Below, piece after piece: positions 61,602-64,000 of a DNA stretch of 64,000 nucleotides. The stretch covers positions 64,001 through 128,000 of the forward strand of contig CAWDXE010000004.1 of NCBI GenBank assembly GCA_963806185.1, in the 5' to 3' direction. The first letter of the stretch is position 1; every line of letters starts with the position of its first letter. This stretch comes from an uncultured candidate division Zixibacteria bacterium (lineage in GTDB: Bacteria; Zixibacteria; MSB-5A5; GN15; FEB-12). The position numbers and the translations under genes are program-made. The notes under the pieces are model-generated. The model saw only the letters and a list, made by a program, of their open reading frames with translations. It was not told where the DNA came from and searched no databases.

Positions 61602-62369
61602 TTAGACTCCCGCTTTCTGGGCGACTTCCTTCTCGACCCAATCGTACCCCAGGTCCTCGAGCTTCAGCGCCAGCTCCGGCCCACCCGACTTCACCAGCCG
61701 CCCATCCATCATCACGTGGACATAGTCCGGCTTGATGTAGTTGAGCAGCCGCTGGTAGTGCGTGACCAGGAGTATGCTGTTTGACTCGTGGTGGTACTTG
61801 TTGATGCCCTCCGCCACGGTCTTGAGAGCGTCGATATCGAGCCCGGAATCGGTTTCATCGAGAATCGCCATCTTCGGCTTGAGCATGGCCATCTGCAGAA
61901 TCTCAATACGCTTCTTTTCGCCGCCGGAAAAACCTTCATTCAGGTATCGTGTGGCGAATACTTCATCGACTTCAAGGTTAGCCATCTCCGCCTTGAACAG
62001 CTTCCGAAAATCGGACATGTCGGCTTCTTTGCCGCGGTGCGCTTGCAGTGCTGTACGCATGAAATTGGCCACCGTCACACCCGGGATCGCCAGCGGGTAC
62101 TGAAACGCCAGAAACAGGCCGGCGCGCGACCGCTCGTCCGCGCTCATCTCCAGTATGCTCTGCCCACCCAATCGCGCTTCGCCGGCACTGATCGTATAGG
62201 CCGGGTGACCCATGAGCGCATTCGACAGGGAAGACTTCCCGGAGCCGTTCGGCCCCATGATCGCGTGGATCTCGCCGGGAAGAATCGTGAGCGACACCCC
62301 TTTGACGACCTCTTTCCCTTCGACTATTACGTGAATATTCTTGAATTCAAAAAGCGGTTGCTTGGTCAT
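61602..62369 (-). CDS. sufC: Fe-S assembly ATPase SufC
   Basis: [42 protein letters not shown]. Confidence 0.96.
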   Translation of the reverse strand: MTKQPLFEFKNIHVIVEGKEVVKGVSLTILPGEIHAIMGPNGSGKSSLSNALMGHPAYTISAGEARLGGQSILEMSADERSRAGLFLAFQYPLAIPGVTVANFMRTALQAHRGKEADMSDFRKLFKAEMANLEVDEVFATRYLNEGFSGGEKKRIEILQMAMLKPKMAILDETDSGLDIDALKTVAEGINKYHHESNSILLVTHYQRLLNYIKPDYVHVMMDGRLVKSGGPELALKLEDLGYDWVEKEVAQKAGV

Positions 62370-62410
62370 GTAGTCCTCTATCTAAACGTCTTCACAATTC
62401 TCACATCAAT

Positions 62411-62499
62411 GGCTGGCGTACGTGTCGTGCGCCAGCGCTCAATCTTTCAGTTCTCTTCTTTCTTCCCCTCTCCCTTTGGGAGAGAGCTGGGGCGAGGGC
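62411..62499. repeat. Intergenic palindromic repeats inside suf operon
   Basis: GGCTGGCGTAC..GTGCGCCAGC and ATCTTTCAGTTCTCTTCT shared with 51889-51981; CCCCTCTCCC-ttt-GGGAGAG..GGGGCGAGGG element. Confidence 0.7.
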
Positions 62500-62528
62500 C
62501 AGTAAGTACCGCCCTCTCATTGCAGTTC

Positions 62529-63041
62529 CTACTTCCCCTCCAATTGTCCCGCTTTCCCTGCTTCCAATTCTTCGGGAAAGGGAGCCGGCGTGGCGAGATT
62601 CGGGATCGTGGCGGAGAAGCCGCGCGGTGCGCTCGAGGCAATATCAGCCAGCGTCGTGCGGGACAGGAAATCCTGCACCATGCCGGCCAAACCGCCGAGC
62701 ACGTCGTGAACAGAACAATTGGCGGTGTGCACGCAGGACTCCAGCTGCCCGGAAAACCGCTGACAGTGCTCCGGATCAATGAGCGGCCCCCCGAGGCAAG
62801 TCAGCGCTTCATAGACTGTGATCTCTTTTGGCTCGCGCGCGATCGTGAATCCGCCCCCGCGACCCCGTTCCGCCGTGATCAGCCCACCTTTGCGAAGAAT
62901 AGCAAGTAGCTTCGAGGCATAAGGGACAGAAAGTCCCTCCATTTCCGCTATCTCCGCAATTGACAACTGCCCCGTAGTCCCCTTGCGGGCCAATGCCATC
63001 AAGCACCTCAGCCCGTATTCTTCAACTGCCGTAATCCGCAT
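62529..63041 (-). CDS. Rrf2-family transcription regulator (Fe-S-binding type)
   Basis: EEYGLRCL, RGRGGGF, three Cys HCQRFSGQLESCVHTANC; heads the suf operon. Confidence 0.92.
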   Translation of the reverse strand: MRITAVEEYGLRCLMALARKGTTGQLSIAEIAEMEGLSVPYASKLLAILRKGGLITAERGRGGGFTIAREPKEITVYEALTCLGGPLIDPEHCQRFSGQLESCVHTANCSVHDVLGGLAGMVQDFLSRTTLADIASSAPRGFSATIPNLATPAPFPEELEAGKAGQLEGK

Positions 63042-63274
63042 GGTATTACTCTGTGCCCTTTCTTCCCGGCGCCTCAGCATACAAAAACTATACGATTCTG
63101 TAAACTATCTTTTTTAACTAAATGTATCGGGTATGGTTCCTGAGACGTTAACAAATCGGGGGAAATCCGAATTTGTCCTCAGAAACCCTTGCCAATTACG
63201 TTGGGAGATAGTAGGTTAGGACTCGTATGCCAACCGGACACGTCCACCCTCAAACGTCTTCTGCGACAGCCTAA

Positions 63275-63826
63275 ATGGGAACAATCAACGTTCTCGCTCT
63301 CGCCTTCGCTCTGGCCTTTGACGCTTTCGCTGTGGCTGTAGCAGTCGGCATCCGCCTGGGCAAAATGGATCGATGGACCATCTTCCGGCTGTCGTTCCAT
63401 TTCGGCTTCGCCCAATTCGGCATGCCTCTGATCGGCTGGCGTGCGGGTGAGGTAGTCGCGCGCTACCTCGAACCACTCGATCACTGGGTAGCGGGCATAA
63501 TCCTCTTCGGCATCGGAGCCAAGCTCTTCTGGGAGCAGATTCGCCCTGAAACTCGCAAGTGGGAGGGAGATCCCACGCGGGGCCTCAGCCTACTGGTCTT
63601 AATGCTGGCGACTTCCGTTGACGCTCTTGCGGCGGGATTGTCTCTTGCGCTATCCGGCACCGATGTTCTCGGGCCGGCATTCGTGATAGGCGTGGTAGCC
63701 GCCGGCATGACGACTGTCGGCTTGGTGTTCGGGCGCCTGTTCAGTCTCCGCTTCAGCCGTGCCGCCGGTATTGTTGGCGCGCTGATGCTTATCGGCCTGG
63801 CGGTGATGACTGTGTGGGCCGCATAG
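63275..63826 (+). CDS. mntP: Manganese efflux pump MntP family
   Basis: LAFDAFAVA, FGFAQFGMPLIGW, DHWVA, ATSVDALAAG. Confidence 0.9.
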   Translation: MGTINVLALAFALAFDAFAVAVAVGIRLGKMDRWTIFRLSFHFGFAQFGMPLIGWRAGEVVARYLEPLDHWVAGIILFGIGAKLFWEQIRPETRKWEGDPTRGLSLLVLMLATSVDALAAGLSLALSGTDVLGPAFVIGVVAAGMTTVGLVFGRLFSLRFSRAAGIVGALMLIGLAVMTVWAA

Positions 63827-64000
63827 GAATGAGCGGGCCGGCCTTGGTCGAATCCTGGCCAGACCAGTGTCTACGACCGCGTGGCCATCTTCCCGCCTCC
63901 AACCAAGACAAAATCCCTCTCCTTAGAAATCTCCACTTGACTAATAATTCCGAATCCCTACTTTACTTTTGACACTGGATACTTCTCCAATGCCGTGTTT

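Noticed and set aside
63180..63274. yybP-ykoY Mn riboswitch upstream of mntP
   Set aside because: Expected from context, but I cannot see the conserved core or convincing pairing; needs an Rfam scan

Overview
A GC-rich bacterial chromosomal window made up mostly of core genes. The SprA/PorV-like genes without Bacteroidota-style context and a multiheme cytochrome suggest an FCB-associated candidate lineage such as Zixibacteria (inference only). In order, it contains: hutI(partial)/hutU, two orphan lipoproteins, a heterodimeric ABC exporter with an apparent leader-peptide attenuator, a substrate-binding/TolC fusion, a PLP enzyme, a CDP-alcohol phosphatidyltransferase, tRNA-Glu(CTC), a LonC-like protease, an IDH/IPMDH-family dehydrogenase, two PorV-like genes plus a beta-propeller/FlgD-Ig gene, a multiheme cytochrome c-PKD lipoprotein, CheY-like regulators, smpB-amidase-murI-recG-DUF1844-murB-sprA, M28 peptidase-selA-selB-amidohydrolase, nfeD-SPFH, a lower-GC SIR2-NDT/TIR-like-HEPN fusion (candidate defence gene), prsW, redoxin-DsbD(N), a MacAB-like ABC system, an Rrf2-sufCBD-Rieske-sufSUT operon and mntP. 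Many single-base frameshifts, concentrated at about 45-61 kb and hitting even the suf genes, look like indel sequencing errors. The best leads are the three-domain SIR2-NDT-HEPN gene, the attenuator at 8.2-8.36 kb, a REP-like hairpin carrying a nested mobile-element scar at 3.7-3.9 kb, the T9SS-like module, and several apparently leaderless promoters. No database searches were run; all family calls come from motif recognition.
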